From assembly GCA_010909165.1 (NCBI GenBank), contig MU008191.1:310001-374000 (forward strand): 64,000 nt of DNA, in the 5' to 3' direction. A program made the position numbers and the translations under genes. The notes below the pieces were generated by a model. It saw only the letters and a list, made by a program, of their open reading frames with translations. It had not been told where the DNA came from and did no database searches. Shown here piece after piece: positions 36,575 to 51,130 of this stretch; position 1 is the first letter of the stretch; each line of letters begins with the position of its first letter. Source of the stretch: Anthoceros angustus. Lineage: Eukaryota > Plantae > Anthocerotophyta.

Positions 36575-39500
36575 TTAAATCACCAAATTCTGCAATTGCA
36601 AGTTTGTTGGATAGAGCTGCCTTGCAAGAGCTATCCCAGCATGCATTCCATCTACAGCAGCACTTACAATACCACCTGCATAGCCTGCTCCCTCGCCAAT
36701 GGGGTATAAGCCTTGCATAGACACACATTGAAAGGTTGTCTCATGTCGGTCAATCCTCAGGGGAGAGCTTGTTCTTGTCTAGTAATCAAAACATAACACA
36801 ATGTCAATGGAGGGTACGTGCAGCCAATTTAAGAGGATGCGCCAGTGCCATCAAGGTTTGTTTTACCTCAACACCATGTAAAAGGCCACGTCTGTCAATA
36901 AACCCTGGCATCTGATTGATCATGCTGCTATAGTCAGTTCGAATATTGGTGCAAATCACTACAAGGCTACGGTGCAGTGCAGGTACGAGGCACAAACCTG
37001 ACGATCAAAATGTGCTAATCCTTCTTTCAAGGCCTCCGTGAGGTGAGGTGGAAGTATATCATGCAAAGGTGCGGCTCGCACACCAAGCCTGTAACTGGAA
37101 GATGGAAGCTCGTTTCCTGCCACTTGATCGATGTCAGTTCCTCTACAAACTCACTGTCATGTCACGGGAGGTTCAGGACCCTCGATAAGTCAGATTGCAC
37201 GAATACCTGACTGGACATCATCCAGAAAGTCTGGGACAGTTTGAGCAGGTGCCACAAGATGACCACCTCCTCGGCGGGCTGCTTCCTGCTCAATCAGCCT
37301 CTGGAATCATGAAGAACGGACGTGAGTATTCTTCAACAATGTAACCCTGCATTAAAAGCCTCAAGCTCATCTACAGCTCTAGTACCTGGAAGGCAACAGT
37401 TGGTAATGGATCAGTGTCCGAGACAAATGCCTTGCACTCAGACGCTGCCACAGACACTACGATAGCTGCATTGGCCCATTTAGATGAGCGATTTGAGAAT
37501 GACATTCCATTGATGCAGAGCTCTGTCTCAATTGTACTTGTTGGGACAACCTGCCCAAGACGAACGGTCGTAACAATACGCTGAGTAGTGGACGACAAAA
37601 CAAGAGGAAAGGCACAGCTACAGGCTCTCCTGAAGTACATCGAACAAAATCCAGAGTACCTGGCCCCCAGGGCACATACAGAATGAGTAGCACCCCCTGC
37701 TAGACTTGTCCTCACAAGCTGAGTGAGCAAGATTTGCGGCAACCTTATAGTCTGCGACAGGGACTTTTCCTCTTCCCCTTTGAACTTCTGCAGCCCATTT
37801 TCGATACTGTCACAAGGCAGCAGAGTCAGGGAGAAATCAGGCACAAATTACGAGGACGGAGTGAAACCACTGCCACATGGCGCAAGGCATAGGCATTTCT
37901 GCTTACTTGCATCTCATTAATAAGCTCCTGAGGATGCTCAACCCGAAAGCCAACCTGCCTAATTTACCGTGTGAGTTATAAAACTAGACCCAGACTTGGA
38001 GGAGAACCAGCAAGAAAATTCACCAAAGAATCCTACCGCAAAATCCTTTGGAGTCAAGAGAATATTATGAGAAAGAAGCTGCTCATATACATCACGCGCA
38101 GAGTGTCCCACACCCAGTACAACTGCATCAGCCTCAAGCAAGGCTTCCGGTTGTACCAGTGACTGGTTGATGGAGGTCACCTTGATCCCTACAGTCCGTC
38201 CGTTACGTACCACCAAATCTTCCATTTTTGTTCCAAACATAATCTTGACCTGAGAAGCAAGAATGTTGCCAAGGTTCAGCTCACTCCAGATGAGATAACA
38301 AGAGCAGGGAACCCGTGGTGGAATAAGCCCAAAACTATCAAGCCACATTATCAACACCACAAGCAAGTGGAACATAGAGGTGCAGGTTCACACACTAGAC
38401 ATTACCCCAAGGTCCTGCAAATGCAGCCGGAAAGCACGGAGTATGTGTATGAGCTTGTCAGTCCCAACATGCGGTTTCCCATCAATCAATATATGTGCAG
38501 GTGCTCCGAAGCGCACAAGAGTTGCAAGGATCTGAAAGGAAATTCACAACTTGAGATACAAACTGAGGCAATCTCAAACTGAGGCAAGGACAACTAACCA
38601 AGGCAGGGGAGGATACAACGTGGTTATCAGCTTACTGTTTGCACATTAACACCATTCTTCCCAGTCCGAGTTGTCAACTTTCCATCACTCCAAGTCCCTG
38701 CACCACCCTATAAAAAGAATCAGAATCAGCCAACGATGCAAATAACACCCAAATGAAAGGAACTCGGAGATGACATCTACCAATCGTACCATTAAAGGAT
38801 CTGAGAAAGCGGTGATGGACAAACCTCTCCAAAGCACAGATTACTGTCAGGGTTCAAAATGCTCCTAACCATGAGTGCCCCAATGTCCCTGCCCCTTCCC
38901 TGCACAGGCTGCCCCCTCTCCACCAATATGACCTCTACATTACATTCAGCAAGTGTCAGGGCTGCAAAAAGACCGGCAGGCCCACTTCCCACCACCACTA
39001 CCCTTGGTTTCCTAGGCTGCGTTGAGGCTAGATTTGAAGAAGTAATCCTAGATTGCATTAATCCAGGATCACGCATCCTGAGCTCATCACTGTGTGTATC
39101 CTGTGTCTGCATTTCTGACATCATGCCTCCAACCATGCCTTCGTGGAGGCGAGACATCAAATCAGTTGGCGTCCTTGATGTCTCAGAAAACTCTCGCTTC
39201 CCTGCTTTGGGCTTAATTCTTGAAAGAAATTGCTTGCTCCCAGGCCACAACTTTACCAGAACATCCACATGCATGTCAACTGTATATACAAACGTGGGTG
39301 GTTCCTATTCACAGCAACTGACAACATCAAGCTCCGCCCTCCTCGAACTCCCAGCTGATTCCATCTTCACGTTAAAACAAGTCGCAAAACCTTACCTGTC
39401 TAGCATCGAACGATTTTCGCACTATGGAGAATGCGCATCGTGGTAGACGATCAAACTGCAAATGTTACACGTTCTAATTTCAGAGAAAGACGTCAATCTT

Positions 39501-40062
39501 TCAGCAGACGAGATGAGATTTAGATAACACCTGTCGGCGACTCAGGCGAACACATTCAGGAACCACCAAGCATCTAACTCACTGGGATCAGTAGAGAGGC
39601 AGCAATAGCTTCCAAAAGTGCATCGAACACCGTGAAGTCATCCTTTCCCAAATCTTGCTCAACCGGTACTTCTATCTGGTAGATCCTCCATACTCCTGTG
39701 GCAATGTCAATTCCATCCACAGCCCTCCTACTATCGTGCTTCCTTCTCTTGGCCTTCGTGGGTGCATGATTTGTTGGCACCTCCTTCTTTGATAAGATCA
39801 CTTCCCGGCCCTTAGCTAGTGCAACTCTGCAACAGACAGTTGAAGAGATTCCACCTCGAAGTTTCTCGGCCTTGGGGAAAACTCTGGACCCAGGAGCTCT
39901 CACCGGGTTGGGCAGTTTGGACCCCTCAATGCCAAGAGAAGAGCCATCACTACCACAGGAACCATGCCTATGTTGAGACAGAATTGACGCAGGACTGCTG
40001 TGCAAAGGCTGGACTCCATACGAGCTGGCAGAGCACTGGTGGACTGCTGGCCATTCCCGCAT
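36575..40062 (-). CDS. FAD/NAD(P)-dependent oxidoreductase, probably plastid-targeted (At4g30720-like)
   Basis: About 12 exons. VVVGSGPAGLFAA Rossmann motif, FGEGGAGTWSDGKL, GFRVEHPQ, YSFCMCPGG, ETRTSSP and GEGAGYAGGIVSAAVDG. Confidence 0.9.
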
Positions 40063-40235
40063 TTTCACCCAGGAAGGAGTCCAAAATTCGTGTCGGAGTT
40101 GCTTGCTGTTCAGGAGAAGGCCCGAAATATCTGGAGGTTTAAGCTTAGGGTTCAGATTCCTGCTGATCTTCTCTACTGTGTGTTGAAGGTTGAAGCACCG
40201 ATGATCTTCTGCCAGTGTTGGTGATTGCTTAAAAA

Positions 40236-42698
40236 ATGCAGGCCTCGATGTATGCTGTGCCGGTTCCCTTTGGAGGGTGGGGTCGGGATGTTTTAGTTGC
40301 ATCTTGCTCTCAGGCCGTGGACACAGCTGACTGTTGGATGAGAACTGGTGTCGGGAGTGCTGGGTGGTATCACAAGGGCTCTGGATTGCTACGCCATTCT
40401 GAAATCCTGCATTCTATCGAGGATCGGTTGAGCAGCAAAAGCCGAGTTGGTATGAATATGTTGGATGTATACTGCGTTGGTTGTGCAGCTGGAATGCGAC
40501 ATGGAGGGTTAAAGGCTTCGTTGTCTCTTGCTTGAAGGTAGGCAAAGGCAGGGGATAATCTGTTCGATCACAAAAACTCGCCAACCCAATGTGGAAAAAG
40601 CTCCTGAGAATCTCGACAAGGAGCCACACAAGTACTTCGATCAAGTGGCGATCACAGTCCGGTCAGGGGACGGTGGCAATGGCACGGTGCTTACTATGCC
40701 TCGACCCTCTCTGCCAGGCAAAACAGCTCCTGGCCAGAAGAAGAGTAAAGAGCCGAAGAAGAAGACGAGTTCCTTGAAGAGGGGATCCGATGGCAATCTG
40801 GTTTTGCCCATGGGAGGGCATGGAGGGGATGTAGTGATTTATGCTGATGAAGGTGTGAGCAGCTTGCTGGAGTTTCACAGGAAGAGGAGGTACAACGCAA
40901 AACGTGGCTCCAACGTGGATGCCATGACAAAAGAGCTCTATTCCCATGTTCGTGATGGGATCCCAGCTCCTCCTCTCCGGATTCCTGTTCCCGTGGGTGA
41001 GGCTTTGAGGATTACTTTGCCTTCTCACCATCTGAGGCGCAGTTGGCTTGACCTCCGCGGTAATCGCTTGTTTGCTCCCGGTGCAGGAACTGTTGTCAAG
41101 AAGAAACGAGGTGGCAAGCTTCTGGCAGACTTAGCTTTACCAGGAGACGAAATTTTGGTGGCTCGGGGAGGCCATGGTGGGGTGAGTGGCTGTCGTTGGG
41201 CAAAATTGGGCTCTCGTGCTGATGGGGTGGAGGATCTAAGACTCGATGATGTGACCATATCAGATAAGCATTATGGAACTGCCCAAGAGCAATCGAAGTC
41301 ACCTTCGGCCAATCAATGCCCCCACTATGACAGATGCTGAAGACAAGGTGGCTTCTCCCTGCCTGTGATTTTGCAGAAGGTTCTGCCATGACGATGCACA
41401 ACTGCAGCCAAGGCAGGCTTTGTCTGAATATGTGACTCTAATGGCAGTGCAGGTTCTGACGATCGGCACTCCAGGAGAAGAGGTTGCACTGGAGTTGACA
41501 ATGCGTGTGGTGGCAGACCTCGGCCTTGTGGTGTGTCCCCCGTTGGTTGTTGCTACATTCTGTACAGTCAAGAGTGGCAGTACTTTAAGAATCTGAACAC
41601 TACGATTTTGTTGTGCGTGCAGGGGCTTCCAAATGCAGGCAAGTCATCGCTTCTTGCTGCTGTCACCAGAGCGAAGCCTGATATTGCAGACTACCCTTTC
41701 ACAACCCTCATGCCGAACCTGGGCCGTCTCGATGGGGATCCTGAGAAAGCTGATGGAGGACTGGCTATGGGTGCAACTGTGGCGGACCTCCCAGGGTTGA
41801 TAAAGGATGCTCACTTGGGGAAGGTGAGATCCTGCCACACGGTCCTAGAACCTCTGAGCATGTTTCATCACGAGAAGAATTTCGTTTCTGTAACCGTTCG
41901 TTCGCTCATTTGCCAGGGGCTTGGTCGCATGTTTCTACGACACTTACGCCGAACTAGGCTGTTGATCCACATTGTGGATGCAGCTGCTCCAGATCCTGTG
42001 GGGGACTACACAGTTCTCCGAGAGGTAAAAGAGTCCAAACCGAGGTTCCAGTAGGTGAAAGGCAATTGCCATGGAACTAACGTGCCTTGTCCAGGAGCTA
42101 CGAATGTACAACCCAGAATACGTGCGACGACCACACATTGTAGTTTTGAACAAGCTCGACCTTCCTGAGGTACAAAGCCACGAGATCCAACAGGCAGTAG
42201 CCACAGACTTGGGCCACTATTCTGTCATCTAACAGCATCACCCAACTCATCTCTGTTGGCAGGCAAATGGAAGGTTTGCAGCACTGAAGGACTCCATCCT
42301 CAACTTCCGAATCACCAGCACTGACGATGAAGGTCCCACCCAGCCAGTCTCCACCTCGGCCACCGACTTGGGTGGCACAACAGTGGCAACCCTCCCACAG
42401 CTTGAGCCTGACGCCGGAACTGAATCAGCCGAACCCGCAGCAGCCGAGGAGTTCCCTCCACCTGTTGCCGTGGTGGGCATAAGTGCCCGGTATGTTTCCC
42501 AACAAACCCATCCTCACAAGCTCCCCGTAGCCCTCCAGCTTACACATCCTAACTCTCCCTCCCTCTTGCAGGCAAGGCTTAGGCGTGGAAGATTTTCTGA
42601 AACAGGTCCGACAGGCTCTGAAGGACATCGGAAGCGAAACTAAGAAAGCACGACCAGAAAAAAGAGTGTTCTACAAACCGCCGTCTCTGCAACTATGA
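40236..42698 (+). CDS. Obg-family GTPase (OBGC2-like, probably plastid)
   Basis: Multi-exon. Gly-rich Obg domain (SGDGGNG, GGHGGDV), G1 [10 protein letters not shown]2 DYPFTT, G3 DLPGLI and G4 NKLD. The start codon is inferred. Confidence 0.88.
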
Positions 42699-43652
42699 TT
42701 CACCACTGCTCTTCAACACTCTCCGCCGATGCTTCTTCCATCAAATTTTCTGCCCTTTCTTGACGACTCAACAGACTAAAAAAATATCGTTCCGCCACTT
42801 TCGCCTTGTTCATCCTTTGGCGGCACTGTTTCCTTTAGGGCCCGGACTCCGGCACGTTGTAAGCAGGGAAGTCGAGGTGAGGAATCGCACGATGTGCGTT
42901 TTACAGTGCCGGAGCCTGCAGCGGCTGCGATGGCCGAGCACGCAGGGAGAGCGGGACGTGATATTTGCGGGAAGCGCATATCCCGACAAGAACGATGTGA
43001 ACGCAGAGCAGGATATTCCGAGCATGCTCCTGGGCTGACAGATAGCAAGAGAGCAGGGCGGGGACCGGGGTGTTGAGTTTCGCCGGCCGGCGACAGCGGC
43101 GAATTTGGCGGAAGCGGCGGACATGGAAAGCCAAGCGGAGACCTGGATACGGCTCGCCGGCCGCCCGCATTGCTCCTCCTCGCTCCCCGACCGCTCGCCC
43201 CGCCTAAGCCGCTAGGATAGGTAGGATCCACAGCGCTACAGTCCCAGTGCGCGGGGAGGTAGGCTCGTTAGACAGGCGCTCCGCGCAGCTGCTGCTGCTC
43301 CTGTGCAGCAAAAACGCTTTTCAAATTTCTTTTGACCTTTCCCGACAGCTTTCCGACCTGGCGAGCGATGGAGGAGGAGGAGGTGGATTCGAGGTGTATG
43401 TGGGATCTGTCCAGCGCGGGGCTCAGCTCTGCTGCTGCCAAGAGGTTTATTGTGGGGTGCGGCGGGTCGGGGAGGGGAATTGGGTGCTGCGGAGATGGGA
43501 GGGCAGTGTTTTTTGGGTTGATGGGAAGGAGGGCTTGGTAGGCATGGGGGATCTGGATTTGGTGAGGTTGGGAGCTGGCGGGGCGGGCTTCTTGGAGGGC
43601 GCGGCCTGACAGAACGCAATGCGTTTTTGGGACATGGGACGACGCCAGAGAT

Positions 43653-46600
43653 ATGGCGACACTCCGTGACCTAGTCGAGGAAGGGAAGAGGCGGGCGGTG
43701 GCGGTGGCCATCTGCGTGCTCGCTGTTGCGTATTGTATGACCCTGCCGAGTTCGTCTGTGTGGATCAATATCCCTGTTGCGCTCTGCGCTGTGGCGGGGT
43801 TGAGGTACCTTGTGCTGCAGCTAGAAATTCGGTGGAGGGTTCGGGAGCAGGAGGGTTGCAGCGTGTGGGAGGCTGCGGCGAGGCATCAGCAGACCCGGTC
43901 GAGGAATGGGGGAATGCGGGGCATGGGAAGGAGGGAGGTGGCGGCGGGCGGTGGACTCTCCTGTGGTGGAGGCTGCGATTGAGGAGTTCACTGACTGTGT
44001 TGTGAATGAGTGGGTGTTGCAGCTCTGGTTTTCGGCTTTGTCTCCGGATCTGGAGGTTCCGGAGGAGATCAGGCTGCTGCTGAATGGGGTGATTGGGGAG
44101 GTGGCGCAGAGGGCGAGGAAGGTGAACCTGGTTAGCCTGCTGACGAGGGATGTGGTGGATCTTGTGAAGGGCCAGCTGGAGCTTTTCAGGAGGACGCAGT
44201 CCAGGGTTGGCGCGGATGTGCTGGCCAGGCTCTCGTCGGAGAAGAGGGATGAGAGGTTGAAGCAGTCGTTGGTGGCGTCCAGGGAGTTGCATCCGGCTTT
44301 GGTGTCGGCGGATGCGGAGTATGAGGTGCTGCGGAGGCTGATGGGGGAGGTTGTGGATCTTGTGTTGCGGCCGCAAGATAAGCAGAACAAGCTGGTGCGG
44401 GGGCTTGCACGGGAGCTTCTGGGGTGTGCGGTGATGCGGCCTATTGTGAATTTGGCCAACCCTGGACTTATCAATCAGGTTATTGAGGGCCGTGTGCTGG
44501 CGGCGAGAAACAAGGTTCATATGGAGCAGCCTCTGAAGAGCACGGCGGTTCCTGTGAAAGTGAACAAGCTGGCGCGGACGGTTTCTGATGACTTGGCTTT
44601 GGAGATGTCGACCATGGTGGTTTCGGGGGAGGTGCCCTCTCCTGGTGTGCAGGCCCCTGCGGAGGCCAAGCCTGCCGTTGTTGGGGTCGCAGCAGGAGCT
44701 TCTGCCCAAGGGACTCGGTCTTATGGCGCTCCTAGAAGGCAGTCTAGTGCTTCCAAAGGCTGGGCGCGAACTGTTGATGTGGCGAGTAACAAGAGGACCC
44801 AAGTCCTTGCTCCGGAACACTTGGATAACATGTGGACTAAAGGGCGAAATTACAAAAAGAGGGAAGTGAAATCTGTGTCATCGAAGGCAGCTCAGCTAGT
44901 GCCAATCGCAGCACCAGGAAAGACGCAGGAATTGGAACCTCCGAGGAGTGCTTGGGAGCAGGTCCAGGAGGAGTACGAGGAAGAGATCGCGTCTCCTGCC
45001 AGCACAGGGAGCAGAACAGCTCCTTTGAATGTAGTGCACAGCAAGCAGAACAGTCAGAAGACATCAGATCAGAAAAAAAATGTGCAGACAAAAAATGGTC
45101 CTGTGAAACCGGTGCACGGCGCTGTCGGGAAAATGTTGCTTGACGACTATGACGAGGAAGATGTGCCTGGAATTGGGTTTGCTGGTGCTAAATGGAACAA
45201 AGCAACAGGGGCCAACAGTGCTGTAGGCTCCCATGTTAACGTTGAGCCCCTGAAGGTTTCTGAAGCAAAAAAGCACCCTCTCAGCTTCTTTGATGATATG
45301 CCACTCTCTGGTGAACATGCTTCGCAATCTCAGACTCAGAGAGCTCCACAGTCATCGTTGCAACACAGAAGGACCAGGAGCGGCTCAGGATTGGAATCCT
45401 GGCAACGAGGACTTGATCATCAGGATGGTCACTGGAATTCCTCCAGATGCTTAGATGCGAATGTGGTGAGTCCGAAAATGGAAGGACAGGGCCACAGTCT
45501 TGACAATCCTGTCAGTGTCAAGGCACCCGAAGAAGCAGGTTATGGATCTGGCAGCATGTCAGCATCTTCCCCTGATAAATTCTTCTGCAAAGTCGTGGGT
45601 TATCATATTGTTAAGGACGTTCAAGCAAAGCCCTTTGTAGTATACACTATCTCAGTCAGAGACTCTCTGAATCGAATCTGGAAAGTGCAAAGGAGATTCA
45701 GCAATTTTGAGAAGTTACATCGACGTTTGAAGGAGATACCTTACTATGATCTCAATCTTCCACCCAAGCGATACCTGTCTTCCAACATGGATGATGCTTT
45801 TATACTCGAAAGATGCCAACTTCTTGATGTGTACCTGCAGGAACTGTTATCCCGGCCAAGTATATCTGAGCAGCATGAAGTGTGGGACTTTCTCAGCAAG
45901 AACTCGGTGAATTATGGGTTCGATAGTGCTGCATCTATCATGAAGACTCTCGCTGGCAATGTCGATGATGCTGTCGATGATGTCTTCCGTCACATCCGGT
46001 GGGTGTCGGATGACCTTCAGGAAGTATTCAAGACGGCCGCTGGTATTAAAAAGCGTGTTAATGTTGGTTCAACGTCCTTGGTAGATTCCTCATTTCCTGC
46101 GTCAGATCTCCCGCAGACACTTCTCTTGACAGAGGCCGGTTACAGTGAGAGGGGACTAGCAGCTCATCTGCTGGATGACGAGGATCTGGGGGATCTGGAG
46201 AACAGGCCCCCTCCGGCACAGTATGACGGTGCTTATTCAGACAGCGAGTTGCCTTCTAGATCCTTTGCTCAACATCAAACAGGCAGGTATCAGGAATACA
46301 GGGGAAGAAAAACGGAAAAGGCCTTGTCTGAAGGGCACTCCCCAGTTGAATCATTAGGTGGGTCAGACACAATAGATGATGAGCTTGGCATACCTCAGGA
46401 ATGGGCGCCACCAAAACTGAGTGTTCCCCTTCTGAATCTAGTAGATGCTATTTTCCAGCTTCAAGCTCGTGGGTGGATCAGGCGGCAAGTGTTTTGGATG
46501 GCTAAGGAAGCACTGCAGCTAGTTATGGGAGACACCCTGGACGATTGGCTGCTCAGCAAAATTCAGTGGCTACGGAAGGAGGAAGTGGTTGCCTCTGGCA

Positions 46601-46977
46601 TCAGCTGGGTTAGAGGCATTTTGTGGCGGGATGGCCTCTTCATCACCAAGCGCAACGCGGCAAACAACTCTACACCGCGAGCAAACAATGGGCCTGGTAG
46701 CATGGGTCAGCCACAACCTCTAACATTCGAACAGCAGAGGGAGGCGGCTAGGCGGAAAGATGTCGTACGTGAAGTTTTGATTGACAATGCGCCTATAGCC
46801 CTGGTGAGCCTTATCGGCCGGAAGGAGTATCAGAGGTGTGCCAAAGACATATACTATTTTCTCCAGTCACCACTGTTTGTGAAGCAGCTAGGTTTTAGTC
46901 TTCTAGAGATTCTTATTCTTGCAGCCTTTCCTGAGCTCCACGATGTTGTCCTTGATGTCCGAAGCTCTGTATTGTGA
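43653..46977 (+). CDS. PXA-PX-Nexin_C sorting-nexin-like protein, intronless, with one frameshift near 43900
   Basis: N-terminal TM segment (SSSVWINIP), PXA (DSPVVEAAI..F...V.EWV..LWFS), PX (RRFSNFEKLHRRLK..P.Y.L.LPPK) and Nexin_C (GWIRRQVFW). The two frames overlap in a G-rich tract. Confidence 0.9.
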
Positions 46978-47210
46978 CTGCCCACCTGTCGTCCAAATCA
47001 GCCAATAAAGTTATTGATCAGACCGCGTACAAGAAGCGTCTCGTCGTACGTATGTAGTATTTCTTCCGCTGCTCCCACCTGCATTGCCAAGCATGTACAC
47101 CTCTGAAATCGGATTCTTGCGGACCTATGTAAGTAAGAACCGTGTGAGAAGTGTGAGCGTAAACTTCCTGCGTGCAATTGTGTATTTCAGGCTACTTGCG
47201 ACTCGGAAAG

Positions 47211-50200
47211 CTACGAGTACTGATTATGCTTTAGATGAATTTCCGCCCAAGGAGAAACTGGCAACAAAATGGAGTCTTTCTTGGGTCCTTTCACCGCTCC
47301 TGGGGGTTCGCTGACATCGCCAACAACCTCCAGCATGACGCAAGCCTTGGCCACACAAGCCGCAACGGGGACATCAACCACCTGAACAAGAATGGTCACC
47401 TGCTTACTCGTAGGATCCACATCTGGCAGGAGTTCTGTAGAGTCTCGTGTTATATCCCAGAATCCATTTCCCCTATTGTCGAGAAAGGTGAATTTTGGGG
47501 AACTGTTTTCCAACGCGAGCTGCACCCACAGCCTGGTCCTGGGGGTGGTGCTCATGTTCCTGAGTACGACATTCAATTGAATGCCCAGTGGCAGACCACC
47601 TACTATTTGCAGTGGATTTTCGCACGTGCTGTTTGGAGCTCTGATCTCTGCCTGCATTTCCCTGATAGTGCCTACATCGCCATAACCAGATATAACCAGC
47701 CTAGGCCAGTGGGACAGAGCAAAATTTCTGCCAGCATTCCTCAGCCTGGATAAGTATGAGACAGGATCGGCAGCAGTTTCTGCCACGAGCTCTTGCAATA
47801 TTCTAAAGGGCGATGCCTCTTCAGAACCGTACTGTCCCCGTCTGTCTGCATTAGCAACTGCTGAGCAAATATGATCCTTGAGAGTTGTCCAAGCGTCTGG
47901 AGCGGCAAGGACAGACAGTGACGCTTGCTTCCAAATCAGGACAAGAAAATCAAGCTCTTGCAAGAACTGTTCAATCCGTGGTTGGAGACCGATAAAACAG
48001 TGTTGCATCCGTCTAACTCGTGTCTCCAGCTTTTGGCAAAGCAGCTGCAGAGAGGTACCTTTCAGAGAGCTGGCGCCCTTCACAGTAAGACCAGCACGAA
48101 ACTGGGCAACCAAGGATATACAGTCCACATACAGCATTGTAAACTTGGCTGCCTCATTCCCGTCATAAGTTCTGCTTGCAATACCTTGCAAGTCCTGCCT
48201 ACAGACACTGTTACCAGAGTAGTCAGAATAACTCCTGAATGAACGACGTAGATCCAGACACCCCAATACAAATACTGCTGGTGAAACAACAGAAGTCTTA
48301 CCGGATGATTCTTAGGGACTCACGCAGCCCTTTGGATTCCAACAATGACAGGGACTTGGTTGCAGTTTCCACAACGCAAGAAACAGCATCAAACATGTGT
48401 GGTACTCTGAGATCTCCTCTAGGTTCCCCACTTCCATTGTCTTTGCTGCACAGAGATGCTCCTTTGACATCACCTTGTGGAGTTTGTATCCCCTCTTCTG
48501 CTTGCAATACTGAAGAACTGCCACGACTTTTAACCAATGCGTCCTCCCCAGGCATCCAAGTTACTTGTTTTGCATTACACCCGACTGAATGGATTTCAGG
48601 GAGCATTAATCCTTCCAGCAACTGATGGTTGTAGTTTCTAGCATACATGAGCAGGTTGGCTGGGACGATGGACAACACCGTAGAGGTCTCTTTTGAAGCA
48701 CCAATCAACAGCGCCAAAATTGCAGCAAAACGAGGTTCATCCAGGCCCACCTCACCATACAAGAATGTTTTCATCTAAAAAAGGATGACCACACGGATAA
48801 GCACTGAAACAAAATGAAACTGTCGGGTGCTGATGCACATCGGAAAGGAAAGATAAATTTCCTGATTTTTCCTGTTGCATAAAGAAATTCATGACCAACC
48901 TCATGGACAAGATCATCGGCAATGGACTCTGTTTGACTTCCATGTGCTGACCCGAACCTTGCAAGTGCTTGCACAACACTAGTCACGTCCTGCCGTTCCC
49001 ACAATGAATCAGGTTGAATCATCCTTCGCAGTTAGCTAGGAGAAACACAAATCAGAATTGATCCTTACTTCAGGATGTTGCTCCAAGCTGGCTAACAGCT
49101 TTTGGACAGTCGTGTGATAAGTTGGAATACTTGGGAGTCTGATCGCAGATAGCAAGTTGTGTACAGCCTTTCGCATCCCGGCATTTGAGTCTTCTAGAAC
49201 ACTGAGAAACTGTGACAAGTGAGCCATGCTAACGTGAACAAAGCCAGCTCCTGGAAACATTGGCCTCAAATTGAACGCCAGGGGCCACAGCAACCAAATT
49301 GGAAACAGGGAGTCTACCATGTGTAAATGATTTTCCTGGACCACAAGTTGATCTGCATGGGCCAAACCCAGAAATGCATCCATTGTTTGCATCCGCACAT
49401 TTGCTGCATGGTCATTCAGCATATCCACCAGAAGATCAACTGCGCCTTTTGACATTTTTTTGGAAATGATGCTCAACTTGGCCAGCGCCTCAACCGCTGC
49501 TGCCCGTACCTGGAATTGATCAGTTAATAATCAAATGTCTCCGCAACATTTGTATCCCAGTTGTGCTGGCAGATGATTGCGTAAACCAAGCAACGTCACA
49601 GTGCAAGAAGCTCACCTCGTAGTACTCATCCTCAAGTCCATGTACAAAAGCTCCTGCAGCACTGCTGTGAAACTGGACGCTGGCAGATTCAGACTTCGAA
49701 ATGTCAGATTCATGAACTGCCTGTGGTGTTCCAGATGCATCCTTTGAAAGAACGACCCTTTTGGTCAATGTCTGAAGCAGCACTGCTTCACTGACGAATT
49801 TCATGTTGCCTAATGTCTGGCACGCCACCTGCCTTACTCTGAAGCTCATATCAGTAAGCCTCTTGCAAACCTGCAAATGAACATAACTGGAAGCAACCAA
49901 GTTACTCTCAGCTGCAATAATTGAAACAAGTTGCACACACAGCTCAGCCACTGGATGAAACCAAATCCGGAAATTTATGCCTGACCTGAATAAAAGGATC
50001 GTCCATTTGATGAGTCTGGCACCCATCTTTTATGCACGAGTTGAGATGTGTTACCCACTGCCCAACCTGCACAGAAGACCCAGCAAAGGAAATGCTTCAA
50101 TACGAGCCCTTAGTGGTTTAGAGGACAAAGCCCCTCGAAATTCTCTCACCAGCTCAATGGCTGCAACACGAACTGTTTCGAACGTGTCATCAAGCAGCTC

Positions 50201-51130
50201 CACTGCTCGCTCATAACAGCCCCTGGTCAACTTCCATCCCTTTGAGCTGATTAATATCATGGCCCGCAAAGCAGCTTCCCTTACACCCGAATGAGGATCA
50301 TCAGTATATTCCTCCAAAGCACGAGCCAGCTGATACCCATAACCATGATCAGTCCCATCAGAGGCAGATTCTGCAGAGACCTGTGAATCCTTGACACTTT
50401 CAGCAAGCAGTCGAATCGCCCACAAGCGCAACCTTGGATTCGTGCTTCCCAGCTGCAAATTCACATGTGGTGCGATGGCTTCCCAGCTCAATGAAGAAGT
50501 TCCGATTGCAAGATGGTGCAAAGAGCGGAGAATTTGCAGCTTGACAATGTCTGCAATCTGGCCATGTCTAGTGGACAGGTACTTCAGCAGAACACTAGTG
50601 ATGTCTTCCAACATTGGAAGGTGTAAGTTCGTGTCATCCCTTTCCAATTCCTCAGTGTTGTGATTGAGGTCAATACCTTCCATATCCATCTCCGAACACC
50701 TGTCCTTGTTCAAATCTATCTCCTCAGTCTTCCGACATACATACCCTCCAGAACTAGCGGCACTTCCCAGTCCCGTAAATCCTCTAAGGCCACATCCAGG
50801 ATCTCCAGCTTGCTTCTCCAGGGCTGTGAGCTCACCATGGTGTTCGTTCTTACAGTCTGTAGAATGGTTAGCAGCTGTAGTAGCCAGTAAGGACAGACCG
50901 AAGACAATCTTCTCTAATACATAACTATTTTCCTCTTGCCACAGTTGCCTGATGAATACACCATGGATGAGCTTCACTGCCTCGCTATCGGGCTCCAGGG
51001 AGCCGATCTGTGCAATGATACACTGGACTGCCTCAGACCTAACCCAGACGTCACGATCGCATAGTCTGATCGCATGCTCACGGACCACTGCACTGGTCCT
51101 TGTCTGCGGTAGGGCTTGGACAAGCTCCAT
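47211..51130 (-). CDS. SIEL: Protein SIEL / Integrator subunit 4 homolog (HEAT repeats)
   Basis: Multi-exon. HEAT-type motifs DPHSGVREAAL, LLDDTFETVRVAA, AAGAFVHGLEDEYYEV and VDMLND....VR. The C-terminus has ENPLQIVGGLPLGI. Confidence 0.82.

Noticed and set aside
42760-43620. Several overlapping short ORFs
   Set aside because: This is GC/CpG-rich promoter and 5' UTR of the PX gene, and the Pro/Arg-rich translations lack family features.
43765-44820. 351-aa minus-strand ORF
   Set aside because: It is antisense to the PX gene's GC-rich 5' region.
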